From: Mobula hypostoma
Lineage: Eukaryota
Reading direction: 5' to 3'
NCBI RefSeq assembly: GCF_963921235.1
Contig: NC_086108.1
Coordinates: 70,248,001 to 70,312,000 of the forward strand
DNA: 64,000 bases
Positions 13,891-27,873 of this stretch are shown here, piece after piece. A model generated the notes under the pieces. That model saw nothing but the letters and a program-made list of their open reading frames with translations, ran no database searches and had not been told where the DNA came from. The position numbers were made by a program, and so were the translations under genes. How positions within the stretch are numbered: the first letter of the stretch is position 1; each line of letters begins with the position of its first letter.

Positions 13891-14200
13891 CCATAGAAAC
13901 ATAGAAAATAGGTGCAGGAGTAGGCCATTCGGCCCTTCGAGCCTGCACCGCCATTTATTATGATCATGGCTGATCATCCAACTCAGAACCCTGCCCCAGC
14001 CTTCCCTCCATACCCCCTGATCCCCGTAGCCACAAGGGCCATATCTAACTCCCTCTTAAATATAGCCAATGAACTGGCCTCAACTGTTTCCTGTGGCAGA
14101 GAATTCCACAGATTCACCACTCTCTGTGTGAAGAAGTTTTTCCTAATCTCGGTCCTAAAAGGCTTCCACTTTATCCTCAAACTGTGACCCCTCGTTCTGA
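13891..14200 (-). mobile_element. Young CR1 3' fragment, near-identical to 6618-6924
   Basis: Reverse complement matches the end of the 4728-6924 element (RKNFFTQRVVNLWNSLPQ) with few mismatches. Tail catagaaacatagaaa on the + strand. Confidence 0.9.
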
Positions 14201-15020
14201 TAATTCCTTATCCAAAATCCTTGGGGCCAGTTGCATTTCAGAATTCAGAATTTTTCCGATTTCAGAATCCCTCCTTATTGGTTCTGTGGACCCCCCCCCC
14301 TCAACGGATACCAAAAAACAAGTATGCTCAAGTCCCTTATTTAACCTGTCTCCGTGCAGTGGACTTTAGGACCCAGCGGAACTCCAGACCTACGCACATC
14401 CTTCCGTATACTTTAAACCATCTTTAGATTACTTATAATACCTAATACAATGTGAAGGCTATGTAAATAGTTATACTGTATTGTTTAGGGAATAATGATA
14501 AGAAAAAAATCATTCAATAAAACAAAATATACAGCTTCAAACGAACGGAATCAAACACATGGTAATTGACTTATTGGAATAAATGTATAACGTCACTGTT
14601 GCTATAAAACCTCTGTTTTTGTCTTGCTGTTTCTTTAAATTGTAGACAGTGGTAGTTCTGACACCATATTCTTCAGTAAGATGCCGCACAGACACACCAC
14701 GATCAAGCTTCTGCAATAACTCCACTTTCTGCATTATTGATAATGATAGATGCTTCCTTCTCTTTTAGGGGAATCTGCAGCTCTTTTTGACATTTTCACA
14801 GTGAAATTAAACACAAAGTCAACAGTGAAGACAAAATACCAGCGAACAGCAAATGCACGTGTAACCAGTACAAGTGCTGGTACAACTGACAACTGACGTC
14901 TGGCGGCTTCTGCTAGTGCTGCCACGTCACACTTGAGTGACGTCAGTTGTTGGCGGAAAAAAACTGGTTTTCAGAGCTTTTTGGATTTCAGAATTTCTAA
15001 TAAGGGATTGTGAACGTGTA
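14201..15020 (-). mobile_element. Tigger/pogo-family DNA transposon remnant (internally deleted)
   Basis: The minus-strand ORF MQKVELLQKLDRGVSVRHLTEEYGVRTTTVYNLKK resembles the CENP-B/psq-type HTH of Tigger/Jerky transposases. Inverted ends ccttatccaaaat... and ...tttctaataagggattg. Internal segment resembles MER2/Tigger. Confidence 0.75.
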
Positions 15021-15897
15021 ATAGGATTTGAAGATGATCACTTCATCTATGTGGGTTCCCTAGCTTTATAGCATGTAGAAGTAATAATTGCTGATAATGT
15101 GTTGTGACAAGTATGGGAAAAATACTTATGGTTTTTTCCAGTTACAGAACTAGTGAAAATAGTGAAATTATTTTGGTTAATTTGTATGAAGTATTTAATA
15201 CATTTATTTAAGAGTTTGCTTTAGTACCTTTGCCTTTATTCAAAGTGTACAATTCTAATTATTGAATTATTAATTGTTTTTAATCTTGTGATACTGCAAT
15301 GTATTTTTTTCCTTAAAATTTGCCTTTGCTTCTAAAATAGAATAAAGTAACCAATAATCCATACAGGTTGATATTGCAGTAATGCCTGTAATCTTCCAGT
15401 AGAATTGGTAGTGTTCAGTGTATTAAGATATGAACTTCAATTTTTTTGTGTTCACTGAAAGTGGTTAACGTATTGTCAAAATGAATATGGGTACTTTGTT
15501 ATTTTCTTGTGACTTTCTCCTTGATCCCCGTGAGGATAGGTAGATACCACACACCAATTTAAAGGAACTTGGGTTGATGGGGGAGGGGTAGGAAAACATC
15601 TAACATTGATGATGATAGAGAGCCCCATTATGTATTTATCACATTTCATGGAGTGATTACATAGGATGATTATTGAAGTGTATGGGGATATTCAGGCCAT
15701 CAAATGCCGTCTCGTGATCTTGCATGCAAAGGCATTCCCATGTTACAGAAGACATGATTTACAGGAATATGATTGTGCAAATTCTCCTGTAAATTTTTAA
15801 AGGATTTTTACAGATGGGAAAGTTACTTAAATGCAAACATGTTACGGAGTTGTGGAATAGAAGTAGCAACTAGTTAATTTAAAAGACAACAATTTTC

Positions 15898-18800
15898 TTT
15901 CTTTTTAAATCTCTTTATTGAATTAGTACACAAAAGGTAAACCATATAGGCACTGATACACAGTTGCAATATAACTTTACAAGAGATATTAATACAAAAA
16001 AAATTAGTACAAACAGTGCAGTTTAGATATAAAATAACCAGGTAATATAATAAATAGTATACTAATTTTCAAACATATCAATAAGGAAACCCCCCCCCAA
16101 AAAAAACCCACCACGCAACTAAACTAAAAGGCAAAGCAAAGCAATGGGCTAACTAGGTATCAAGTAGAGTTAACAACTTAAAACAATCACGTCCTCAAAC
16201 CCGACCTCCATTAAAAACAGGTAAAAAGCAAGAAGGGAATGAAGATATGGCCAGAGAAAGAAAAAAAAATTACATTAAATGAAAATGTTGAATAAAAGAT
16301 CTCCAAGTCTGTTCAAATTTAACTGAAGAATCATAAAGATTACTTCTAATTTTCTCCAGATTTAAGCATAGTATCGTCTGGGAAAACCAAAAGAATGTAG
16401 TTGGGGCATTCCAATGTTGTAAAATACATCTTTTCGCCATTAAAGTAAGAAATGCAATCAATCTACGGGCTGAAGGGGAAAGATTACTGGAAATTTTAGG
16501 TAATCCAAAGATAGCAGTAATAGGATGGGGAGAAATATCTATGTTCAATACCTTTGAAATAATATTAAAAATATCTTTCCAAAAAGTTTCCAGAGTAGGA
16601 CAGGCCCAAAACATATGAGTTAAGGAAGCTATCTCCCCATGACATCTGTCACACAAAGGGTTAATAGAGTAAAAATGAGCTAATTTATCTTTAGACATAT
16701 GTGCTCTATGAACAACTTTAAATTGAATTAGGGAGTGTTTAGAACAGATAGAGGAAGTATTAACTAGTTGTAAAATATGTGCCCAGTCATCCCCCGGAAT
16801 AATAAGACCCAATTCCTTTACCCAATCTGACCTAATCTTATCAAATGGAGCTTTCCTAAGTTTCATAATAGTATTATAAATAATAGCCGTTACACCTTTC
16901 TGACATGGATTAAGGTTAATTATAGTGTCTAAAATATATGTAGGAGGTAGCGTCGGAAAGGAAGAGAGTATAGTACTTAGGAAATTTCTAACTTGGAGAT
17001 ATCTAAAAAAATGTATTCTTGGTAAGTTATTTGTTAGATAATTGCTCAAAAGACATAAGGGAACCATCTAAAAATAAATCCAAAAACTGTGAAATACCAT
17101 TAGTCTTCCAAATTTGAAAGGCATGGTCAGTGGAAGAGGGATGGAAGAATATGTTACCTAAAATAGGAATTGCTAGCCCAAATTGATTGAGATCAAAAAA
17201 TTTTCGGAATTGAAACCAAATACGTAAGGTATATTTAACTATCGGGTTACAAACCAGTTTACAGCGTTTCAAATCAAAAGGAAGAGAAGAACCTAAAATG
17301 GAGCCAAGTGCATAACCTTGAGCAGATTGTAATTCCAATGCTACCCATTTAGGAATGGATAGTGTATCTTGATCAAGTAACCAAAATTTCATATGTCGAA
17401 TATTAATTGCCCAATAATAGAATCTAAAGTTAGGTAATGCAAAACCTCCATCTCTTTTAGCTTTCTGTAGATGTATTTTTACCCAATCTCAGGTTTTTAT
17501 TTTGCCAAATAAATGAAGAAATTTTAGAGTCAACTTTATCAAAAAAGGATTTGGGAACAAAAATCGGTAGTGCCTGAAATACATATAAGAATTTTGGAAG
17601 AATAAACATCTTAACAGCATTAATACGACCAATCAAAGTTAAATAAAATGGAGATCATTTAAATGAGAGTTGAGTATGTGATCGATTAAGGGTAGGAAAT
17701 TAGTCTTAAATAAATCTTTATGTTTACAGGTAACTTTAATCCCAAGATATGAAAAATGATTATTAACCAATTTAAATGGAAGATTCTGATATAAGGGAAC
17801 TTGCTTATTAATCGGAAAAAGTTCACTCTTACCGAGATTTAACTTATAACCTGAAAAAAGACTAAATTGTGCTAATAGATCTAAAGCAGCAGGAATAGAT
17901 TTTTGAGGATTAGAAATATATAGCAGCATAGAGTGATACCTTGTGGGACTTTAAACCCCGAGTTATCCCAATAATATTTGGAGATTCTCAAATGGCAATT
18001 GCAAGAGGTTCTAATGCAATATCAAATAATAAAGGACTAAGAGGACAACTGTGTCTGGTACCTCGGAAAAGAGGAAAAAAAGGTGAGCTTAAAGAGTTAG
18101 TACGGACTGAGGCCATAGGAGAATGATATAACAGTTTGATCCAGGATATGAATTTCGGGCTAAAATTGAACATTTCAAGCACCTTAAATAAGTAAGACCA
18201 TTTGACTCTGTCGAAGGCTTTTTCAGCATCTAAGGAAATGACGTATTCAGGATCATTTTGTGAGGGGGTGAGACAATGTTTAACAGTGTACGAATGTTAT
18301 AAAAAGAGTAATGACCTTTAATAAATCCGTTTGGTCTTCGGAAATAATAACAGGAAGTGCTTTTTCTAATCTGTTTGCTAATAATTTAGAAAAGATTTTA
18401 GAATCAACATTTAATAAGGATATTGGTCTATAAGTTGCACATTGAGCGGGATCCTTATCCTTCTTTAATATTAAAGAGATCGAAGCTCTATAGAAAGATT
18501 CAGGAAGTTTACCAAGTTTTAGTGAGGCCTCCAGAACCCTGAATAACCAAGGAATTAATGAAGATGCAAAACATTTATAAAGTTCCACGGTAAACCCATC
18601 AGGATCAGGAGCTTTCCCTGGACTCATAGAGAAAATAGCCTTCTTAATCTCATCAGTAGTAAAGGAAGTGTCAAGCATAGAAGGTATATCATGTGAAATC
18701 TTAGGGAAATCTAGGTTATCTAAAAAGTCATACATATATGTAGAGTCTCATGGAAACTCTGATTGATATAAGGAGGAATAAAAATCAAAAACGGATTGAT

Positions 18801-21730
18801 TAATCTCAACTTGATCAGATATCAGTTGATCATTTTGATTATAAATCTGATTAATTTGAAATTTGGAATAGTTAGTCTTCAACTGGTTAGCCAACAGTTT
18901 ACCAATTTTGTCACTATGTATATAGAATTCACTTCTTGTTTTCATTAATTGATTTGCAATCGAGGACGAAAGTAATAAACTATGTTCCATTTGAAGTTCA
19001 GTTCTTTGTTTATACAAGTTCTCAGAGGGAGCTGTAGCGTATATCTTATCAATTTCCTTGATCTTGTCTACAATAACCAGCTCCTCATCCTTCAACCTCT
19101 TCAAAGCAGCAGAATATGAGATGATCTGACCACGAATATAAGCTTTAAAAGTGTCCCAAAGGGTCTTCATAGAAATATTTTCTGTATAGTTAATTGTAAA
19201 AAAGAGATCAATCTGTTCATTCATAAAGTTAACAAAATCCGAGTCCTGAAGCAACAGCGAATTAAAACGCCATTGTCTATTATTTTGTGTGTTGGCCGAT
19301 ATTTTAATAGAAAGCTTAAGTGGAGCATGATCCGAAATGGTTATAGAGTCATATTCACATTTGACCACTGAAGAAATAAGACGAGAGTCAATAAAAAAAT
19401 CATCAATTCTTGAAAAGGAACGATGAACATGTGAAAAAAAAGAAAAATCTTTTTCCTGAGGATGCAAAAAACGCCAAATGTCCGTCGACCTGGAATCTGA
19501 AAGGAATGAGTTAATCAAGGTTGCAGATTTATTGGGTAAGGTCCGTAAAGGAGCCGAACGATCCAAAGATGGAGATAAACAAGTATTGAAATCCCCGCCC
19601 CAAATTAGTGAAAACTCATTCAAATTCGGGAACAAATTAAATAATGATTTATAAAATTCCGGACTGTCCATGTTGGGAGCGTAAACATTAACCAAAGCTA
19701 CCTTTTTATTAAAGAGTAAACCACTAACCAATAAAAATCTGCCATTCGGATCAGAAATAGTATCATGTTGTACAAAAGTGATTGAGGGATCTATAAAAAT
19801 AGAAACCCCTCGAATCTTAGTGTTGGAATTCGAATGGAAGTGTTGATTCTTCCAGAATTTGATAAAACGTAATCTGTCCCCCCTCCACACATGGGTCTCT
19901 TTTAAAAATAGAACATGTGCTTTAAGTCTCCGGAATACTTTAAAAAATTCTTTCCTTTTTATTGGATGATTAAGACCGTTAGTATTCCAAGAGACAAAAT
20001 TAATAGTAGACTCCATAAAACCTAAAGTCAACCCGCAAAAAAAGGAGGATTGACAATAGGTTCGACCCACGCACCCGGAAAGGGAACAGAACAAACGAGA
20101 TAACGGGAAGGAGAACGCGACCAATAGTTCGGTAATATAAGTAGCCCAAGAAAAAAAAACCTAAAAAGTGAAGCCCCTCCCACCGCCTTCCCGAACCCCC
20201 AAAGCTAAATCTAAGATAGACCAGCCAGAAAGAAGCAAGCACTAGAACTACCCCCATGACTTCCGATAGACGCTCACTAGAAAAAGTGTATATATAAGAG
20301 GATCAGCTGAAGTTATAAAACAGTAGCGAAATTTTAAAAAAGTACACCGATTAAAGCAAACCCGATATAATACAAAAAAAAGGTAAATATAAGGAAGCCC
20401 ATTAACCAACAACATACCATGTAGTTAAACAAGAAAATGAGACAATTAACATAGACTAGCGAGGAAAACTACGAAAAGTACGTTTGAAAACTACAAAATT
20501 TAAAGCCTCAAAGGAAATACGTAAAATGATGCAGAGGAAATAACCACCCAGAATCCCAAGGGAAAAAGAAAGGAGTGGCGCAGTTAGAAAAAAAATTTGG
20601 CAACCATATTAATTAACCAAAGAAAAACTTTTCTGCCCTCATATAAAGCAAAAAAAGTTAAAAAAAAAGTAAAAAAAATAAACCGAAACAGATTAACTGC
20701 CTCCGAACAAACAGAGATGGTTTAATAATTGCAATTAAGATGTTGAAGGCGAAAATTCATCAAGGTAACTCTGGGCTTCCGCTGGAGAGTGGAAAAAACG
20801 GGAAGACCCATCAAACAAACGAATCTTCAAACGTGCAGGATAAAGCAGCACTGGTTTTAAATCCATCTTGTAAAGTTCCGACATCACAGATCTGTAACAG
20901 ACATGTTGATCCCGAACTGGCTTACTGAAATCCTCTATCAGTCGGAATCGAAGTTGTGAATAATCAATGTAACCTTTAGGTCGAGCGAATCGAAGCAATT
21001 TCTCCTTGTCTTGAAAATAATGAAATCGTAGAATAACATGCTGAGGTTTATCTAACTTAGACGAATATAATGGGACTCTGTGAGCCCGATCCAGTAGTGC
21101 TGGTTGGTCAAGAAATAAGGTAGGGAACGCATCTTTTAAAAGTTGAGAAAAGAACTTCACAGGGTCATCAGATTCAGCAGCTTCACAAATACCAATAATT
21201 CGAATATTCTGTCGTCACATTCTGCATTCTAAGTCCGAGTTTTTAAAAGTCAGAAAGTCAAGTTTTTTCTTCATTCCAGTAACTGTCTCTTCAATTTTCC
21301 CCATCTTGAGTTCATTTTGTTGCGTGGATTTTTGAAGATTAGATATAGCAGTCTGATGTTCCGTAATAGACGTTTGCATTTTATCGATCACATCAAGAAT
21401 TCTCTCCAGTTTAGATGAAATTTCCACACGAATCAGATCCGTTATAGTAGTTGAAATTTCCGTTTGACTTAGATCCGATATAGCTTTCAAAGTTAACGCT
21501 GGTTCAGTCGGAGGAGGATCAGCTTTCGGTCAAACCGGAGGTTTGCCGTCTTTCCCGTTTTTAGACATAGCAGACCTTAAAAACATCCAAATATCAAAAA
21601 ACAGAATTTGTTGCAAGGAATATGAAGATCGGTGCCTTAGTGGTTGGCTTAAATGTAGCTAATCATAGGAAAAAACTCAGAGGTAATGGAGCGAGTCAAG
21701 AACACGACTTCACTCCATGAGCTCTACTGG
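15898..21730 (-). mobile_element. Full-length (5.8 kb) L1-clade LINE, decayed; ORF1 ~21568-20735, ORF2 ~20016-16270
   Basis: 14-bp TSD agacaacaattttc at 15884-15897 and 21731-21744. ORF1 has coiled-coil and L1 ORF1 motifs (LDRAHR, LLYPARL). ORF2 has APE (SWNTNGLN, NVYAPN, GDFN, SRID, SDH), RT ([22 protein letters not shown]) and a C-terminal CDRC..HMFWAC. Poly(A) signal and A-rich tail. Confidence 0.93.
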
Positions 21731-21769
21731 AGACAACAATTTTCAAAGAAAATTATTTCAGTACAACCT

Positions 21770-22260
21770 CCCTGTGGTAGCCAAGCAGATATACTGTATT
21801 GACAAGAAATTGCAGAGAGTTGTGGATAAAGCTCAGTCCATGACTAAAACCAGCCACCATTGACTATGTACGCTTTCTTCTGCCTTGGCAAAGCAGCCAA
21901 TGTAATCAGGGACCATTCCCACACTGGACATCCTCTCTTCTCCCCCACCCTTTTATCAGGCAGAAGATGCAAAAGCTTGAAAACTGTTGTTCAGGACTTT
22001 TGGATGGAAATCCTGAGTGTTGAACAGACATCCTAGATGATAAAGGTGACCCTTTGAGTTCACCATCTACCTCATCATGACCCTTGTACATTATTGTCTA
22101 CTCACACTCTACTTTCCATGTAGTTGTAACACTATGTTTCTTATTGTTACTGCCTTTCTCTTTGTAATAGGTCAACATACTTTTGTTTTGAAATGACCTG
22201 ATGGATGGTATGGAAACAAAGTTTTTTTTACTGCATCTTGGTACCTTTGCAGTAATAAAG
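21770..22260 (+). mobile_element. Old Rex1/Babar-like LINE 3' remnant
   Basis: Degenerate similarity to the younger copies in this window (KKLQRVV..A..I, HPLF..SGRR motifs); ends in gtaataaa. Confidence 0.45.
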
Positions 22261-22470
22261 TAATTAGCAATGCAGTTGTAGTTCATGTGGGAAGTCACTG
22301 AGGAGATTTGCTTTGGAAACTGACAGGGTATATGTCCCTTTGATTCTTTAAATCCATTAAAACTAGCCATTGGATGTGGACATTCTGGCTATTATTGTAA
22401 CAATGCATGATAAGATAGTAAATAAATGTTCATGTTTGTCGACCTTCATTGACATTCTCTTCTGATTTAG

Positions 22471-22600
22471 GTTTTAAATCTGTTACTGGACCATTCTTGG
22501 GAATGGAACCCTTACGAGACCCTGACACTGCCCGTATTTTATTTTTACTAAGCTTGAGCAGGAGGCAAACTTAATTTTCCTTTTCTGAAATGACAAATCA
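22471..22600 (+). other. ZFYVE9: Candidate 5'UTR (non-coding) exon of ZFYVE9
   Basis: 130-nt non-repeat segment bounded by a pyrimidine-rich acceptor (attctcttctgatttag|) and a strong donor (ATCA|gtgagt), upstream of the ATG exon. No transcript evidence. Confidence 0.45.
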
Positions 22601-25600
22601 GTGAGTAATATTTTTGGTGAATATATCATCTGGTGCAAATTGTTTTGCAGTTTCCCCCTTTTAAATTAAAATGAGATCAATGTAAATGAAAATAATAAAA
22701 TTTCTTGAAACTTCTATTAAAAATACCTCTTTTTCTAAATGAAGCAATTAAATAGAAAATTAAAACCATTTAAACAGTTGTCCTGTCATGAATGACTGAA
22801 GATTTTGAACCTATTGTCTTTGGAGTTTCAGAGGATGGAGGATGATATGGCAATGCAAGACAGGCTAATTGATGTTTCCATCAGTAGGTAAGTCTTGAAC
22901 AAAAGCATATAAAAGATAACGAAATTCAAGAGACTGCAGTTACTGGAATCTGGACCAAGAAACAAAGTGGTGTAAGAATGTTGTAGGTTGATCAGCATCT
23001 GTGAAAGTAGTTTCTCTTCAAAGATAGGTGTAGTAATTTAAAACTGAAGTGTGTGTTTAAAGTGTTTTCATGTGGAATAGAACAGAAGAGATGAGGTCTG
23101 TGGCCTATTGAACATGCAGCAGGTTTGAAGGACCAAGTAGATTATTAAACAGGGCCTTTTGATGATTGAATAGGGCCAGTGCAGTTAAGTTTCTGTCAGG
23201 TGTGTAAGTTAGTTCAGTGATTCAGGTTGAATTATAATTAAAATAAGTATTACATGGAAAAAATTAAACCCATCAATTGAACCTCCATACTGTTTATGGA
23301 GTTCTGACAGAGTGTTAAGTGGCCATGTAAAATTTAAAGGTTTATCTTTGAGTAATTTTAAAGGGTTCTCATTTGAACTATACACTCATTTGAGATCTGA
23401 TCTTGAGAAATTCCTAGCATTTTGCTGGGATATTGGGCAGGGTACAAATGTTGAATTAGATTTTCCCAAAGATTTTGAGGTGATGCTGCATGTTTTGGGG
23501 GACAAGTAGCAAAATGGTTTCAAGATAAAGCATGTATTAAAATGAAAGGTAAAAATTGATAGTAATGGGTGGAAGAAGACAAGATTCATTGCAGGACTGT
23601 ACTTGCTCACAATTTCTTGAACAATATATCTTTGCAGAACAAAAGTAGTTTTCTAATTTGTGTGTACCAACTTGTGAAATGGGATGATAATGGGTTTCAT
23701 ATTAATGCAATTTTGTATCTGGCTATTAACAGGTTAGAAAAATTATGATGCTTAATTTTGTAAATTACATCTAATGGGATGTAGTTGAAATTATCTGGAC
23801 ATTTAAACCAAAATAATTTAAAATAGTTGTATGGGTTATTAAGAGCGTTTATTTAAAAAAAAGACAAATGAGCAGCAAGTTACATGAGAGCCAAGGTAGC
23901 TAAATTAAAAAAACTGGGTTAGATGTTGTAAAGAATCCCACATATATACTGATATTTCTATTATTAAAAAGTAACTGTACCACTAGAGCAGAGGCAGAAG
24001 AGATTTGCAAGAGTGGGTTAGAAATTAAACCTGCCTATGAAAGATTATTAAACAGGGCCTCTTGATGATTGAAGGTGACTGGAGAAATCTTTTCAGTATT
24101 AAATATTTTGTTAAAATGGACAGTGCTTGCACTTGGGGGACGAAATCAAAACCAGAGACTGGGAAGATGAGTATGTGTCCAAGAAAATATATGGGGGGCT
24201 TGACACAGTCTAATTCTAAATAAATCTTTTAAAATGCCTTTTAGTACAAAATGAGAGGGTGATGAAAAGATTACACTGATGCATAGGATCTGAGGACGGA
24301 AGCTGAAGTGAAGTCAACCAGCATTGGCCAGTTGGACCATGTGGCTTGTGTTCTGTTTGTTCTTGTGATGTGAATGATACAGAGAAAGCATGCATTTATT
24401 GTTTGTCAGTTAAAGAAAAGCCAGCTTCTTGAATGATTTTAACAAAAAAAAATACAGTACTCCAAGCATGCAGTTACTTGTTATCTACCAGTATTTGGAC
24501 CTATTGATAAGGAATAGTCAATGAAAGCTCCAAATCATGAACTATGATGTATTACCCATGATATTCTTTCCCTTTAAGTTGGAATCCTCATAAATGTAAA
24601 ATGTCCTTGTCTTGCTTATGCTCATTTTCTACAAATCCAAATAATTTGCAATTGGTACCACCATCCTTCAGTTAAATTAAAAGGCATCCATTTGTCTTGC
24701 GAGACCATGGATCTGCACCTGGAAAGTCTTCACTCTCCAGGGTGCAGGCCTGGGCAAGGTTGTATGGAAGACCAACAGCTGCCCATGCTGCAAGTCTCCC
24801 CTCTCCACGATGTCAATGTTGTCCAAGGGGAGGGCATTAGGGCCCATACAGCTTATCCTTCAGTTATTTAAATCTATACAAAGTGTATCAAAACTGAGGA
24901 ATTATATTTATATGATTTGTGCATTGGATAAACTTGTCAGACCTTTGGGTAAAACTAGCTTTTAAACTTTTTTGACAAGCACTCCCTTTGATCTTAATAG
25001 TTGACTCCATCAGATTTGTTTTCCTTATTTGCTCATTTGAGGGGATGTTCATGAAACATGACACACTACTATATATTTCAAATTCTGACAACTATTGTTT
25101 GGCATAATTTTATAAAAAAACAACTGATTGCAACTTAGCTTCAAAGTTTAACTTGGTTATATTTTCCAATGGGTGTTACCCTGACTGGGATATAAGGTTT
25201 TGGCAGTACTTCGGTAGTCTATGTATTTGCTTTTCTTATGCTTTTAGAAAGTCTTGTGTTTACCACTGGTCATTTTGAGAGTCTTTGTGATTTTTATATT
25301 GTGTTTTTTTTATATGGTTTTTTACTTTTTTGTGGCATACTTTCAGTGCCTTGGCAGAAGAGAATTATTTTAATCAAAATGTTCTTTTGTTTCAAAAAAA
25401 TGTGTTGCTGAATTCTGATTTGCAACCCCTCTCTTGCTCATGGTTTTTGACATTGAGGTATTATGCAGGTTCTAAAATAAATTGTCTATTAAATCTTGTA
25501 TTTTTATCTTGTCTCTAAATTCTGGCCAATTTACAAACGTACTTTAACAATGGCCTTGATACCATATTTGGAAATTATGACCCAGAATTGTTTTGAATTG

Positions 25601-25759
25601 CTTTATCAAGCTTCTTTTTGCTTGTGTTATGGTACTTGCCAGATGCTACTCTGTCCTTGCATTAAAACCTACCCTTTTTTCATTATCATAGCACTTCTGA
25701 GAAAACAGGATCATTTTTGACTTTATTCTGAACGTGAATTGTTCCATTTCAAGTTTATT

Positions 25760-26560
25760 ATCATATGCATACATAAGTAGGGTATAATGCCATGACAATT
25801 TAGAGCAGCACAGTATATTACAAACATTTACATAAATTAAATTAATATAAATTGTACATGCACAACACAAGCAAATATAACATTAGTGCAAGTTGAAGGA
25901 AATGCAATCTGAAGTCTTGCAGGTTGGTTGAAGTTGCTGTTGAATCTTGATTTGTGGGTCTTTAGCCTTCTGTACCTCTCTTCTGATAGTAATGAAAAGA
26001 GAGCATGTCCCAAATGGTGAAGGTTCTTGGTGATGAGTGGTGGGTGCATGGAATGCACTGCCAGTGACGGTAAAAGAGGCGAATACAATATGGTCTTTTA
26101 AGAGACTTCTAGATAGGTACATGGAGCTGAGAAAAACAGGGCTATGTGGTAGGGAAATTCTAGGCAGTTTCTAGAGTAGGTTGCATGGTTGGCAGATCAC
26201 TGGGGGGCAAAGGGCCTGTATGTGCTGTAGATTTCTATGTTCTATGATGCTACCTTGAGGCACTGGCTCTGTCCTGGATGGTGGAAAGGGTTGTGTCCAT
26301 GATGGAGCTGACTAAGTCTGTATCCTTCTGCAGCCTTGTGTGATCCTGTGTATTGGAGACTCCATAGTGGGCTGTGATGCAGTCAATATGCTCTCCACAG
26401 ACATCAGTAGAAAGTTAACATACCAAATCACCTTAAACTCTTAATGTAGTTGAGCTGCTAGAATATTGGGCCCAAGTTAGATCCTCTGACATGCTGACAC
26501 TGAGGAACTTGAAGCTGCTTTCTTTTGCCACCATTGACTCCTTCATTGAGGGCTAGTGTG
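25760..26560 (-). mobile_element. Old Rex1/Babar-like remnant with a CR1 3' fragment (~26035-26245, +) inside
   Basis: Minus-strand HHLGHALFSLL..RRYRRLKT motif. The internal segment matches the 3'UTR of the 10482-12916 CR1 subfamily. Confidence 0.5.
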
Positions 26561-27873
26561 TATTCTCCCGACTTCACCTCCTTGACATTGACACTCATTT
26601 TCTTGGTCTTGCTGGTGTTAAATGTGAGCTTGTATTTCCGTTCTCATTTTCAGCATTTCATTAGTCTCAGTAGAACTGTTAAGAGGGCACAGTGGTCCAT
26701 AGATTTGCTAAATGTAGCCATACATCATGGAAACAGGCCCTTTAGTCCATCTCATCGAAGATATTTGGCTCTTACCCCTTTAAACCATTTCTATCCATGT
26801 ACTTGTCCAAATGTCTTTTAAACATTCTAATGGTTACTGCCACCACCTCTTTTTCTAGCATCTTGTTCCATATACTCATATGTAGGGGTGGGGGTTTAAA
26901 ACTTGCCCCTCAAGTCCCCTTCAAATCTTTTCCCTCTCTCTCCAATTTATGTTTTGGACTCTCCATCTTGGGGAAAAGACTATGGCTTTTCACTTTCTCT
27001 GTCTCTCATGATTTTATCAACCTTTATAAGATCATCTCTCAATGTCCTGTGCTACAGGGAATAAAGACTTAACCTATCTTGTCTCTCCTTATGTCAAGGC
27101 CTCCAGTCCCAGTAACATTTTTGTGAATTTTTTTTTGTAATTTATTTTTTATTGAATTTCATCATCAAACAAACATTTCCTTAAGATGTATTTCAGATAC
27201 TGTACATATATATCAAATAATCATATTTGTTACAAATCTCCACATAATATTTATCTGAGGTATACACTCATAGAAAGGAGAGGAAAGAAAGAACAATCGA
27301 AAGAAGAAAACTATGTACAGAGTAGGGAGTGATCTTTTTTAACAACATATTCATTGACTTGTGAGAATAAAATCAGGCCTATGAGGTGTTATGTAGTTAA
27401 ACCATTTTCCAGTATGAATAAAATTGTTCCAACTTATGATTAACAGGTGCTGTTATCTTCAATTTGTAAATGTCTTGCAATTTCCATCCATACATTTAAA
27501 GTTGGGCTCTCCTGTGATAACCAATTCCTGGTAAGGGTCTTTTTACCAGCCTAGAGCTAAGGGTATTTCACATTTAAAGATATCTTTTAGGGCATTATGT
27601 ATCTCACTCCAATAGTCTTTGATAATGGGGCATTCCCAGAAAATATGATAATGGTTTGCATTTTGATTTCCACGATTTCTCCAGCAAGCAGGGTAGTTAC
27701 TATCATAATGGGATTTCTGAGAGGGTGTAATGAAATATCTTATCAAGTTTTTCCACCCGAACTCCCTCCATTTCTGTGAACTGGTACACTTCCATTGATA
27801 CCTCCATATTATTGTCCAGTCTTCCTCAGAAATTATTATCTCTCCTTCCTTCTCCCATTTTGTTTTAATGTAT

